A stretch of DNA of 64,000 bases from assembly GCF_009914755.1 (NCBI RefSeq), contig NC_060929.1; one strand, 5' to 3'. Origin of the DNA: the human T2T-CHM13v2.0 reference genome, Homo sapiens. Both the position numbers and the translations under genes were made by a program. Below are positions 28,984 to 42,110 of this stretch, one piece after another (position 1 is the stretch's first letter; every line of letters begins with the position of its first letter). The notes below the pieces were generated by a model. That model did not search any database and had not been told where the DNA came from. It saw only the letters and a list, made by a program, of their open reading frames with translations.

Positions 28984-29839
28984 TCCTAGAAGCCACAACT
29001 AAAAGAACTGAAAATGTTATCCTGTGAAGTGGGGATATGAGGAAGGCTGACAAGCAGCCAGTTTTTTTTTTTTTTCATTGTAAGCCTTTTTATTAGCTTT
29101 TGGATTGTTAAATATATGCAAATAGTACTTGGATAAAATATTTTAAAAAATAATTTAAATAAGATGCTACCCCAATCTGTGCCCTCTCAAACTCCTGATA
29201 TTGCAATATGCCCTCATATGTTTATTGATTGCTTCTTCCTTGTCCTGTCTTATATTTATGAGACTTCTTAAAACACCTAAAGTAAGGAGTGTATTTCTTA
29301 ATGAGGCACAATTGATTCAATACAATTGATTTAATACAAACATAAAGAATATCAGTGGTTCCAAAGGTCACCCTACCACCACCTCCTTATTCCCTCCTGC
29401 TCTGCTAGTTTGATGGAGCAAGAGTTCATTCATTTTGCCTCTCAGCAGAAGACAAGGACCATGCCAAGATAAGGGCACAGGTGAAATAGTGAGGACCACC
29501 AGCCCAAGAGGAGCCAGTTATATCAAATATAACTAAATAACCCAGTGCTGCCTGCTGTTGCCCTGAAGCTGAGATTGGGTCTTGTATATTATTTATTTGG
29601 AGCAGCAAATTATAAAAACAATAATCTCACAAAGTAGACTGGGTTTAAGGTGACTATTCCAATATGCAATATTCCTGTGCCCCATTATGAGCCTTCAAAA
29701 CACCATTCAAGGAACAATGATTCCTTATGGATGCTCACTTTTTACATTTCTTTCCTTTTAAGTCAGTCTCTGAGTTATTTGAATTCTAAAAATAATTGAA
29801 ATGTTTGTGTTTTGGTTCTAAATGTTCCTTCAGTGGTGA

Positions 29840-30203
<364 letters not shown>

Positions 30204-30506
30204 TCTTTTAATTTTTTTAATCCTCTGTATCCCCCTCCTTTTTTCAACTATGAATTGATTAACATCTTTTTCCCTTGATAAGAAATGAAAGACTACAGTT
30301 AGTTGTCTGATATGTACAAATTAACTTGAAGTTAAGGATAATCTGGCATCTGACTTTCCCCAAGGAAACCTTGCCAGAAACAGCGTGATTTATTTTTAAC
30401 ACTTTTCACAAAAACCCTCCCCTGTGGGACCTCAACAAATGTCACTTCTGTTGTGAGACTTTTAAAAACAGTGGGCTGTGATTTTTACAAACTTATAAAT
30501 ATGGCC

Positions 30507-30533
30507 ATATATATGTGTGTGTGTATATATATA

Positions 30534-30564
<31 letters not shown>

Positions 30565-30578
30565 GTATATATATATAT

Positions 30579-30664
<86 letters not shown>
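30507..30664. repeat. Compound microsatellite (TA)/(TG)/(TA)/(CA)/(TA)/(GA)
   Basis: Read directly. Confidence 0.98.
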
Positions 30665-30666
<2 letters not shown>

Positions 30667-32036
30667 CCATGTCTCCCATATGCTTTCTTTACTGTGTTCA
30701 TAATTGCTCTGTTTCAGAACTCTTCAGGACTTGGGGTACTTTTGATCTGCACCAAAGATCTGTGATCGGAATAACGAAATATGGTAGAAGCATCCTGTAT
30801 TAAATTATTCTAATTGGCCACTTTTATGTTTACTAGTGTCATTAGAAGACTTTCCTGGCAAAAAAAAAAATACCTATTTCCAACTTTGTGAGATTTCCTC
30901 TAATTTATTAATTTACAAAAACCTGTTGAACCCCTCTTATACCAGGACCTGAACTAAGGAGTGGATTATAATCAAGAGAAACATTCTGGTGCAAAGTGAA
31001 GGTAACATATTAATATAAACATGGGGTGACTTCTATATTGAGTTCTAACATATTGAGGTTGTGACTGGTGGGTAGTTGGGGGTGAAGATGGACTGGTTGT
31101 AATCTATGTTGATATCTGCTATGATACTGTTGTTGCCATATGGTCTGTTGTCCTTTGAAGATACCGCCAAATCATCCTTCATCCCTACCGTTCAAGTACA
31201 GCTTTCTCTCATATCTTCTAAAACCACTTTAGGACACATGAGATCATTCTCCTCCTCAAATATTAGCTAAAGAAAGCATCTATGGCACTCCTAAGACTTT
31301 ATCTGGTTTTATGCTACTTTTGGGCAAATAGGTGATTGTATTGCTCCTGAGGCATTCTCTGCTTAGCTGCTTAATGCTCTCTCTGCTTACATACACGACT
31401 ATATGCAACTATGAGTTTTTCCTGGAGTTATGCTGCTTTCTTGGGCTCTAGCCTGGAATTGATATTCTCTGCTGTCCTGTGTCTCCAAGCTAATCTGAAC
31501 TTGTCACATCTGAACTTGTTTTAAGGCTCCCTTTTCTTCAAGACCCTGAAATCTCTGTTCACTCCTTGCCTCCCCTTTACTTTTCCTCCCAATAAGGAAT
31601 TTTTATCCAATTTGCTATGTGAAGTATGGGAGTCAGCCAGATAGCTCTGCCTTTTACTCATCCAAAGTTTTCCCAAGTCAATGGCCTTTACTCATGAGTA
31701 ATATTTGTTCTCTCCTAGGAGAATGTACTAAGTTTTGGAAACTCAAAAGTCAAGAATGTACCTCTTTTTTTCTTTTCATGTTTTTTTTCTACCCTCTAGA
31801 AGCAATGAACATAGAAGGGCATCGTCAGTACTTTAATGAGGGAAAGGGGCAATGGGTAAAAGGGTGAGTATTTCAAAATATTTAATCTTACTAGATTAGT
31901 TCTACAACAAAACCCAGTATAAACAGGATAATAGAGATAATCATAAACCAAGTTAAATGACCACAGCAGAGAGGAAAAAGATCCTTCATTCTAGGGTGAC
32001 TGAAGATGGCTTCATGGAGGGCATGGAGTTCTGCTT

Positions 32037-32096
32037 GGATAATGGGGAATGAATATGATTTCAATAGGATAATGGGAAATGGATATGATTTTAATA
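32037..32096. repeat. Two-copy 30-bp tandem duplication inside an L2 remnant
   Basis: ggataatggggaatgaatatgatttcaata / ggataatgggaaatggatatgattttaata. Confidence 0.9.
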
Positions 32097-32244
32097 GCAG
32101 GTTTTTTGATGGAGGAGGGACCAAAAAGGCTTTCTCAGTAAAGAGAATTGCTGAACAAAGGCAAGCCATTTGAGAGGATCTAGGATGTGCAGGAAAACAG
32201 TTTTCTTTTGGCTAGAATGTTAAAAGCATTCTGAATAGACATAT

Positions 32245-32470
32245 AGTCTCTAGCCCTCTAGAGGCTTCTGGATTTGAATCTTGAGTCTGACCTTACTAGC
32301 TGTGTGACCTTGGGTGAATTCCTTAACCTTTCTCTGCCACAGTTTCCTCATATGTAAACACGAATACTGATAGTACCTGTGGCATGATGTATGAGGATTA
32401 GGTGTGTTATAAATGGTAAGGTGCTTACAACAGTGTCTGGGGCTTAGAAAACACTGTTAGCTGCTGTTAT
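32245..32470 (+). mobile_element. MIR SINE
   Basis: cttactagctgtgtgaccttgggtgaattccttaacctttctctgccacagtttcctcatatgtaaa. Confidence 0.9.
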
Positions 32471-32751
32471 AACTTTGTTAGGGAGAAGAGGGGAAAGCTA
32501 AGCTAAGGGAGAAAGGGTGGGAAAGACCTTGAATGAGATGAGGATGGAACTGGCCAGAGATGATGTAATGAAAATTCATCTTGGCAAAACTGCTTAATTT
32601 AAATCAGTGATTTTCCAACAAAATTCTGTGTAAGACTGACAAAGAAGCTCATTAGAAATGGAATTCCCAGGCTGCTCTCTCCTCCTAGTGATTGTGATCC
32701 AGGAGGTACAAGGTATGGTGAGAAATATGTGTTCTTAACAGTGAGGATTCT

Positions 32752-32912
32752 AAAAGCTAAGATTAGGGTGAGGCAGTGAGGTGCCTAGGGTGCAGAATTC
32801 AAGGAGGCTGTCATGTTCGGGGTCATGCTAGTGCAGGGGGGCCTAAGAGTAAGTGTTTCCTTACATTTTATGCCCCAGATGCCTTATTAGCCTTGCCCTG
32901 GTCTGAGCTTTG
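32752..32912. mobile_element. MER96 palindromic hAT MITE nested in a MER5A-like fossil
   Basis: tagggtgaggcagtgaggtgcctagggtgca...ccttacattttatgccccagatgcc...gccttgccctggtc; 8-bp TSD ggattcta/agattctg. Confidence 0.8.
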
Positions 32913-32939
32913 AGATTCTGATGCTGGTGGAGGAAGAAA

Positions 32940-33175
32940 CTCATTCATTCTTTTACTCATTAGACATATTTCCTGAGCACCAGCTGTGTGCCTGGCGTTA
33001 TTCCAGGTGCTTGGCATACATCATTAAAAACAACTGACAATGATCCTGCCCTTGTGGAGCTCATATTTTAGAGGGACAGTCAAAAAATAATAAACCTAAT
33101 AACAAAGTAAATTATACATTAGTTAAAAGGTGATAAATACTGTGAGAAAAATAAAAGTAGAGCAGGATAAAGGTA
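32940..33175 (-). mobile_element. L2 3' end (copy 1 of a local duplication)
   Basis: ttcattcattc...ctgagcacc...cctgcccttgtggagctcatatt. Confidence 0.85.
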
Positions 33176-33360
33176 GTGGCTAATACTCGAGATGCTTTGT
33201 TTTAAAGGAGGTCTCAGGCTAGTTCTAAGAGAATAATCTCCAGGACCTACTCAAATATAGCAGTAGTGGTGACCTGGAGTTTCCTGTGTTGCAAAAGGCT
33301 TCTGAGAGCCTTTCCTTCCTCAGCAGGAAGCATGTTACATGGGCCATTGGTAGTGTCTAC

Positions 33361-33875
33361 TGTTGGGGTTCAAAGACAAATATCTACAAAATATGGCACT
33401 TTGACATGCTGAAGAAGCCTCAGTGTCTCTCTGACCACCCCAACCGCCCCCCCCGACACACATACACACAATCCCTCTCTACATGCACAAGATGAAGTTG
33501 AAGTTCCTTTATCTGCCCAAGATCCAGACCCACCAAAGAAAACAGTTCTATTTTCGCCTCCTTCTAAGACCGAGAGCGTAACCACATCTGAACAGACCCT
33601 TTTACAAATTAATATACAAATTAATCTCTGATCCATTCATTCTCCCTAGTAATTCCCTCAACAGAATTCCTCTTCTCCCCAACCCTATAACCTGTTTTGC
33701 TAGGATGGTGTATAAGCTTCTGCACCCTGTTGTAGAGTGGGTAATCACTCTGTGGTTTTCCCAGTGTACACATTACATAAATTTGTGTGCCTTTTCTCCA
33801 GTTAATCTGACTTTTAGGAGTTGATTTTTCAGTGAATCTTCAGAGGGCCAGGGGAAGCTTTCGCTTGACTCTCCA
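33361..33875 (+). mobile_element. MER39B-like ERV1 solo LTR
   Basis: TGTTGGGGTTCA...CAAAATATGGCACTTTGACATGCTGAAGAAGCCTCA start; TSD ctac/ccac. Confidence 0.88.
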
Positions 33876-35334
33876 CCACCATGGGTTCAGCCAGGAAGAA
33901 GAGGGTTATAATTTCCTTCTCTTTGCCTCCTTTAACATCCAACAAACCTAACATGTTACCTCTTCTGGCACCTGCCATTAATGCAGCTATGAAGAGTACG
34001 TGCTAGTGACACAGATGTTCTGTTTTTTTGGAGGCTGAAAACCTCTGGGGGTTGAAAATGATTCTGTGAGGAAAATCTAAAGGCAAATTGATGGTAAAAT
34101 GTCACTGAAATGAAAAAGCCAACTGTAATGCTAAAAAAAATTAGTGAAAACAGATAAATTCTATGATCTCCTTAGTATTTGTCCTGCACAAATGTCATGG
34201 AATTTTAGAACTGGAAGGGGACCTTAGTGATCATGTAACAAAGCAGATATGAAATGAGAGTTAGGAAATTATGAGTATAAAGATCATTTAATTAAGATAA
34301 TCTCTTTTGTAAAAAGCGATAAAGGGAGAGAGCCTCTATTACTAAAAACAGGGGACCTCGGCCAAAGGCTTGTCCATCAGAACACATGGCAATTAGATAT
34401 TTAAAGACAGAAAGTGGAGGAGGCTAAGGGCATGAAAGGACAAGAATAAATCCGGAAAATAAATGAGGCCAAAAAAAGACGTAAAGCATTGAACTTTCAA
34501 AGTCTGTTAGATTGTATTTTGTGCTGTTGCTGATGTACAAACAGAAGAACATATCATTGAGAACAGGGCGTATTAAAGCGCCTTGTGACAGGAATTTTTT
34601 TTGAACACTATATTAAGTAAATGAGTGACAATTAAAGACTGCTGATTCTGAGGTTGGGAGCACTGGAGAAAAGCATTAGAGGACACCATGTTCTCATTTA
34701 TTTGGTGGCTATTCATTGGGTAGCAAATAGGTTTCCCTTGAAAGATGTTGACAAATTAGAGCCAGATCTGCAATCTGGATAAACCTATCTCTGGTTGGCT
34801 TCCTATTTAATGTTTCTGAAAGACCTACATATGGGCATTTCATTGCATTCTGTTACCTAGAGTGGAATTGGGTGTGTACAGCATTGCATGGGCTGACTAG
34901 TTCAGTTAGCCTATCTAAATGGTCACATGGATCTGGGAAGTTTTTTCTTATAATGTAAATCTGCTCCATTAGTAGTAGCAAACTATAAGTCCATACTCAG
35001 GCTCAGCCAGAAAGAATGCCATTATCAAGAAAATCATCTAAAGTGTGCTTGGGACCTAGCTGGTGCTTACTAAATATTTGCTAAATAATTCAAAAACTAG
35101 TGACCCATCTACCATGTATTTCAGATAGATTCCCCACCACCAAAAAAGGATCTGCCCGGAAGAAAGTCTATCAAACTGCTAATAGTTGTTAACTTGTTTG
35201 GAAGGAAATATAATAATAAGGGGCTTGCATGAAGAACAAAGAGGGGTTTTTAAGTTTTGCCCTATGTAATTTATTGACATCTACTTAGGGTAAATGAAAA
35301 CTTCTCCAAATCAATAATATCTGCTATTATTCCT

Positions 35335-35530
35335 GCTGTGTACCTGGCATAATTCCAGGTGCTTGGCATACATTAGTGAATAAAATGGACAAAAATATCT
35401 ACTCTTGTGGAGATTATATTTTAACAGAGGAGACAAAAAATAATAATCGTAATTACTAAGTAAGTTGTATATTATATTAGAGGTAACATGTACCTTTTAA
35501 TAGGAATAAAGCCAGAGCAGGAAAAAGGTG
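35335..35530 (-). mobile_element. L2 fragment (copy 2 of a local duplication)
   Basis: Shares attccaggtgcttggcatacat exactly with 33000-33021. Confidence 0.8.
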
Positions 35531-37061
35531 GTAGTTTCCACTTCAAAGTACCCTATTTTAAAGAAGGACCCATGCCAGCTCTAAGAATTTTCTTCTGCAC
35601 CATCTAAAATTCATCGGGAGTAGTTACCTGCTATTAACTTCTTTAGAATTTAAAGTCTTATAAAATTAGCTTCTGAGAAAATTTTCTAGAAATAATACCA
35701 CTTTAAATATATATGATTTGTATATTTTCCATGTAAATAGCATGTACAAAATAAAAGTTCATTGATATTCATAATCTATGAATTAGGCAAACATGTCAAA
35801 AGGGGAATTTATTTCAATGTAATGGATTGGAGCTAATATCAGGCCATTATACTGAAATTTATTCCAGTGTAATAGATGGGAACGAAGTGGTGTAAAACTC
35901 TTGGTTTTACAGAGTACATGATATCCAGGATGATAACTCAGCATTACCCGGTTCCTAGTATAATAATTAGAGTTACACCTTACAGAGATGAGAAAAGGAG
36001 ATAATCATACAACTTAATTGAAGATTCCAAAGTTGGAATCTTGAAGACATCAAAGTATAATTCCAGTTCCTCGAATCAAGATGCTAGATTTTTATTAGTT
36101 AACTTACAGGTGATTGATCACCAAAGGATGGATTTATTGATATCAGACTCAAAAAAGGTAGACGCATTAAAAGGAGTGTCAATCTGTTCATTCATTATGT
36201 GACATCTCTGCAGTTTCTAGGATGACTCTAAGTTATGTTCAGAATGTTAGGTATGTTGTTGGATTGAGCATAAGCCTCCAGGTTTGTAGGATGTTAATTG
36301 CATACACCCAATAATTTGTTTTGCATGTCTAGTTCTTTCTTTGTTGCTAGGGTTTCCTTCCCCCTACTACTTATTTCCTTAAGAGAGTACAAGGGAAACA
36401 AAACTTTGAGATGTGGGTCGTGTCTCTTTTGTTTCTGAGCTTAGTGGCTATACAGGTGCACTGCTAAAGGCAAGAAGTCACAGATAAAGCTCAAAGAGAG
36501 AGACATTCAAGCTGTCAATCTGGATCACAGCTCAGTGGGATGCAACCAATGGGTCTTGGGGCTCAGTGGGAACCAGCCAATCATTTTCACAGTTCAGCTG
36601 CAGGAGTGCTTGGCAGGTAATCAGCAGCCACTAGAGAGGTTTGGGATTCCCTAGTTAGGTTTCATCTGTCTCTCTTCTTCAGAAAACTGTTGAAAAGCAA
36701 AAACAAAAACAAAAACAAAACCTTATGCTTTAATGCATTCCAAAATGAATCATGATGATTGAGGAAGTTGTCAGGTTATATAAATTATCGAATGAGAAGA
36801 AACTTTGGAATGATCCAAGGAGAAAAAGACAATAGTCATCTCCATTTTTCCTCTTTTCCCAGAGATTACTGGTCTGTAAGAAAGGGAAAATTAGGAGACA
36901 TCGTGACGGTCTATATTTGGGGCTGTTTCTTCCAAAAGGAGTCATCTTATAATCTTATGATAGTGATGCATTTAGATACTTAGTAGATGTCCTGGAAGTG
37001 ATTTATCAGTGACATTTTAGCGTGCTTAATTAATCAGAAAATTCCAATAATGGACACACAC

Positions 37062-37564
37062 AAAATAGTATTCCAGTATATATATACAAAACATTTTCTT
37101 TGTTCAGTAGAACTGGTAATTATTATGTTAAGTGAAATATGCCAGGTACAGAAAGACAAATATCATGTGTTCTCACTCATATGTGAGAGCTAAAAAAGTT
37201 GATCTCATGGTGATAGAGAGTAGAATGATAGATACCAAAGGCTGGGAAGTGTATGGGGGTACAGGAGGGGAATGAAGAGAGGTAAGTTAATGGATGCAAA
37301 CACAGATTGAAGGAATAAGTTCTAACGTTTGACAGTAGAGTAGGGTGACTAGTTAACAGCGTATTATGTATTTCAAAATAGCTAGAAGAGAGAACTTTAT
37401 TTGTTCTACAATACAAAGAAATGATAAATTCTCAGGGTGATGGTGATGGTTGCCCTAGGTACCCTGACTTGATTATTACACATTCTATGCATGTAACAAA
37501 ATATCACATGTACCCCATAAATATGTACAAATATTATGTGTCAATAAAAAAAATCTAAAGAAAA
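37062..37564 (+). mobile_element. 5'-truncated, 5'-inverted L1MA4-like element
   Basis: L1MA 3'UTR at 37109-37560; antisense L1 segment at 37062-37108; TSD aataatggacacacac/aataataggcacacac. Confidence 0.88.
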
Positions 37565-37611
37565 AATAATAGGCACACACCTACAAAGGCATTCTGCTGG
37601 TTCTGTTAACA

Positions 37612-37889
37612 CAGGAGTGGATGAACTTCTGTAAGAAGCCAGGTGTATATATTTTAGACTTTGTGGCCATGTGGTCTGTGTAGCAACTACTCTGTCATTG
37701 TAAAAGCAACAGTAGACCATATGTAAACTAATGAGTCTGGCTGTGTTCCAATAAAATGTGATTCATGGACACCGAAATTTTAATTTCATCTAACTTCTAC
37801 ATGTCACGAAATATTATTTTAATTGTTTTTAACCACTTAAAATTGTGAAGATCATTTTTAGCTGTCAGGCAGTAGTTTGCTGATCACTG
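37612..37889 (+). mobile_element. MER58B (hAT-Charlie)
   Basis: ggctgtgttccaataaaa...atggacaccgaaattttaatttcat...tgtcacgaaatattatt...gtagtttgctga. Confidence 0.88.
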
Positions 37890-38871
37890 TCTAACACAAG
37901 CTAATCAACACAATCAACTGGTTTTCTTCATGTAGTCAAAGGCTAATTCTTCAAACATGGTTCTGAAGAAGAGCAGCTGGACTCCTGTGCTTCCAGATTC
38001 TTTATCTAAGACTTTCTCAAGTCACTGTTGTTCCGACCCTGCTTACTCTCCTCTTGATTTCCAGCCATACAGGAACGCGTGCTTTTTCCCTGCTTGCCCT
38101 GTGGTGTAGCCAAGTCTATATTTGAACAATTAAACTAGACTTCATTCTTTTGTGCAAGTTTCTTTCTTATTTTGAGATAATGGATAATGTAGCTCACAAG
38201 CTAGTTTATGTATCTTCAGTTTAGTAACCTCCAAAAGATGCTTGCATTTCTCCTGGCCTCTGTGTGGCAGAAAGCACATTCCTTCTGCACAGCTGATATG
38301 TCCTAACATGTCTACCCTCCTTACGGGCCAGACTCATTAGAGGACAGCTAGGTGAGAGAGCATGGTGTGCCCTGGATGAACAGTGTGAGGCCTAGCTTCC
38401 ACGTCTTGTTACAGGATTCTCCTTTGACCGAAAGGCCAATACCAGAATGTCTGCTCCTGTCAGTGGAGATCTAGCCACCCACTCAGAGAGATGGAACTTC
38501 AGTCTTTGATTTGAACAACTAAAAAATTTCTTCCTCTGTACCTATTCTGATTCATCAAGAATGCTTTTCTGGAGCCTTATGCATGTGCGTAGATTTTCAA
38601 GTTCGCAAACAGGTTCCATGGAAATGAGTTCAGAGGTTGATTCTGATGGCTGCATGAATGGCAACACTCATGTTGTTGACATCCAAGTCCTGGCCTGCAG
38701 CCTCAAGAAACCACTTCTATCAAAAAGTTAAAAGACCAGAGATACTTTCAATTGCAGGTGATGTCATACATAATAAAGACAGACCTTCCTCTGAGCATTT
38801 TAAAATTTAAATTTTTAAATAAACTCTGTCATTAGAAGTAAATTATTTGGGCATTTAATACTGTGTAAAAA

Positions 38872-39186
38872 GGTTGGGTGCTGTGGCTCATGCCTGTAAT
38901 CCCAGCACTTTGGGATGATGAGGTGGGAAGATCACTTGAGCCCATAAGTTCAGGGCCAGCCTGGGCAACATGGCAAAACCCCATCTCTACCACAAAAAAT
39001 ACAAAAATTAGCTGGGCATGGTGGTATACACTTGTAGCCCCAGGTAAGTGAGAGGCTGAGGTGGGAGGATCTCTTGGGCCTGGGAGGTAGAGGTTGCACT
39101 GAGCAGAGATTGCTCCATTGCTCATCAGCCTGAGCGACAGAGCAAGACCCTGTCTCCAAAAAAGAAAAAGAAAAAAGAAAGGAAAA
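38872..39186 (+). mobile_element. AluJ SINE with perfect 15-bp TSD
   Basis: TSD AATACTGTGTAAAAA at 38857-38871 and 39187-39201; AluJ diagnostics. Confidence 0.95.
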
Positions 39187-39519
39187 AATACTGTGTAAAA
39201 AGGTATATTTAATATGTGAAACTCTGCTACTTTTATTATTGTTGAGAAATTACCAGGCATGTTATAATTTAAATGATATACATTAGGTGGAGAGAAAAAC
39301 AGTCAATTGTGTTATATTCTATTTTAGGAATTTAAGGTATTTTGCATAGATAAGCTACAGATTAAGTAACAGAATAACAAAACCAATAATTAGAATTTGA
39401 ATTGATTAATATAATACCTTAAGGTAATTAATATTATAATATAATTGACAAGTAATATAATACCTTAAATTGATGGATAATATGATATAGTACTGTAATA
39501 TAATAATATAAAACCCTGA

Positions 39520-39735
39520 AGAATTGAAGTTCCTGTAGAGTTCTGGTTCTGCTTTTACTGTTTGTATGATCTTGGGGAAAATAGTTGAACCTTTTATGGC
39601 TCAGTTTCCTAATAGCAAAAATAGGAATTATAACATAAGAACTATAGGATTATGGTGAACAATAAAGCCAGGTATGTATATAATACATATTGAACACATA
39701 GTATAATAAGGCTCAGTCAATAATAGCTGTGGCAT
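39520..39735 (+). mobile_element. MIR SINE
   Basis: tgtatgatcttgggg...ctcagtttcct...aaaatagga. Confidence 0.7.
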
Positions 39736-40420
39736 TGGTGATGATGATGATGATTATGGTGATGAATATAGTCATCAAGTTATGGGGAACACAGAAATAA
39801 ATCACAGAAACAGACTAAGAAAATATCCATTATTGTCAAATTTTTATGTTCTTTAGGATGTATTTATTTCTCTAACAATGATTTTACTCTGTTTCCATTG
39901 TAAATGGTGTTGTCAAAATTATTAACTAGTTGATTAATATCTGGTTTGATCCAGTAACCTCATTTAAACCCTGTGCTAGCCTATTTCACAAAACCATTAC
40001 TGTGTTCAAAGAGAGAAGACTATTTATTAGTCTTACAGTGTGCTTCCATATGCTTCGCATTAATCATTGTTTAGCTGGGTAAACGTGGGTTTGCATTTTA
40101 TTCTTGATGCCATTAGAGAAATTAGTGTAAATGAGAAATTTTTATTCTAAAAATTCCTTCAAATATACCACAGGTTTTCACATCTAAATGTTAGATGATA
40201 TCATTTAACATTCTCTTACTCAGAAGTCAACTTTTTTGTATAATGTTAGAAAATTGTGATGAGTTATTTTTTGTGAATGGAGAATTGGAAAATGCAGGAA
40301 AGTGCCAGGAGAATTAAATCATTCAAATCATCCCTCACTATCCAGTAATATCCACTATTAACATGTTAATGTACATGCTTTTTGATTTTTTTCTATGCGT
40401 ATGGATACATACAGGGTTTT

Positions 40421-41047
40421 TGTTAGGCTGTTGTCACTCCAAACCTAAACCTGCTCTTCCGTACCTTGCTTTATGATGCTGTGGCTGGGATTGGGCAAAC
40501 CATCTCCTAGTCTGTTTGTGGTTCCCTGATAGGTCCTGCCTACTGGGCAAGCAAGAGCAAAACTGAAAGATGGCAGGCTAGCAAAGGGAATTACTATTTT
40601 GTCTTTGCTTATTAGCCTATCAACTGTAGCTCATCAAGGGCCCTACCACCAGAGGCAGCAGTTGATTCCTGTATCTATTGGTGTCACTTTCCATCTTATT
40701 CCCATACTCCCAGAATGAAACTCATGCCACCCGCTCCTGAGAGCTGCAGGTTTCAGCTTGGCAGGACCTCACCCAACCTCTGAAGGCACCAGCATCATCC
40801 AAGGAGGGCCCCTTTTCTAAAGTCTAGATCCCAGATCCCTTGGGGCTTCCTTGGAGATTCTTAGTTCTGATAATTCCAACTTCATCCCTTTATTTTCCCA
40901 GACCTAGGAGCTGTAGCCACTATATTGGGTCACTACCTCTGTGATGTCTCAATGTTCCCCTTGGCCTGTGCAGTTATATAGCTCTTGATCCACTTCTCTA
41001 TATTAAATTCCATCTGTTAAAATAATTGAAGGACCCTGGCTAGTATG
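40421..41047 (+). mobile_element. LTR41-like ERVL solo LTR
   Basis: tgttaggctgttgtc...ctccaaacc...gctttatgatgctgtggctggga start; tatattaaattcc...ctgttaaaataa near end. Confidence 0.7.
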
Positions 41048-41699
41048 CCCATATAAAGGGAGGATTCTTGACTTTGTTATTCAATTTTCATCTTGTACTT
41101 GAACATTACCCATAAGACCCCAAACTACCTTTAACATACCAAATGCAGCCTTACATATCAGCTGGAGAATAGACATTTCAGACCATAGTATTATCATGCT
41201 GTTTGCCAGCCAACTGATTAACCTAGTCAGTATCACAATCTTTGCACATCAGAATTTGTGCAGGTGTTTAATGTTAAAGATATTTGGTCTGCCTTTTATA
41301 AAAATGAAGGAAAAAAAAGACAAAAGTTTTGCTACTAATGATTGACCATATTGGTCATGACTTTAATATAATTTGGAAAGGAAGTTTGGAGATCAATAAA
41401 GTTGGAGATGTGTCTTTGTCTTTCAACACTAGTGGATATTTGGCCTTAAGCCACCCAGCACTTGTGTTATATAATGAGAGAAAAGAGCAAACATAAATAA
41501 TGTATACTAAATTCTAGAAATATATTATTAAAGATTGTGTCTTAAAATATTATATATAATTAGGAATCCAACACATATTTTAGTTCTTTGGAAATAAAAC
41601 CTGCCTTAGCACACTAAACTATGGCCAGAATTGTTTCTTGTACTTAACGCATCCATACACTTTACATTTATCAAAGAAGGAGCTTTCCACAATTTTAAA

Positions 41700-42110
41700 A
41701 ATTAAAATGACATATGGACTATGCAGTTCTCCATAATCTGCCTTTGCACTTAGTTTATTAATATTATGAACATCTTTATACTGTTAATCACTCTCCCAGT
41801 AAATGCTTCTTAATGGCCATTGCTTATTTAAACAATCTCCTATTGTCAGATATTTATGTTGTTTTTAATTGTCCAATATAAAAATAAAGCATTTGAAACT
41901 TTACTGTAAATAAATCTTCGCATATATTCTTAATGATTCCCTTAGAAAATTTGCCATAAAAGTGCCATGGAGGGGTCAAAGAGTATAGAACCCTTTTTTT
42001 AGCCTTTTGATGTACACTGCTATATTGCCCTGCATGAATAATGTTCCGTTGACACTGCCACTTGCAGTGAATGAGGACATGCATTTCCCAGCCCTCACGG
42101 ATTAGTTTGA
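41700..42110 (-). mobile_element. Ancient L1ME fragment
   Basis: aacaatctcctattgtcagatattta...gggtcaaagagtat...tgcatttcccagccctc. Confidence 0.65.

Larger units (their letters stand above)
27905..29165 (+). mobile_element. HAL1/L1ME4-like 3' region interrupted by Alu and MER47A
   Basis: gaacaatatttacctagtcataataat...aatcctcatcttctatagtag...gaaaaatcaaga. Confidence 0.55.

Noticed and set aside
30453-30803. ORFs with [12 protein letters not shown] runs
   Set aside because: Artefacts of dinucleotide repeats that lack stop codons
35913-36157. Coding-looking stretch after ttttacag
   Set aside because: Stops in all three frames and no recognisable homology
40510-40560. CTCF site expected in LTR41
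   Set aside because: The corresponding bases (gcctactgggcaagc) no longer match the core motif
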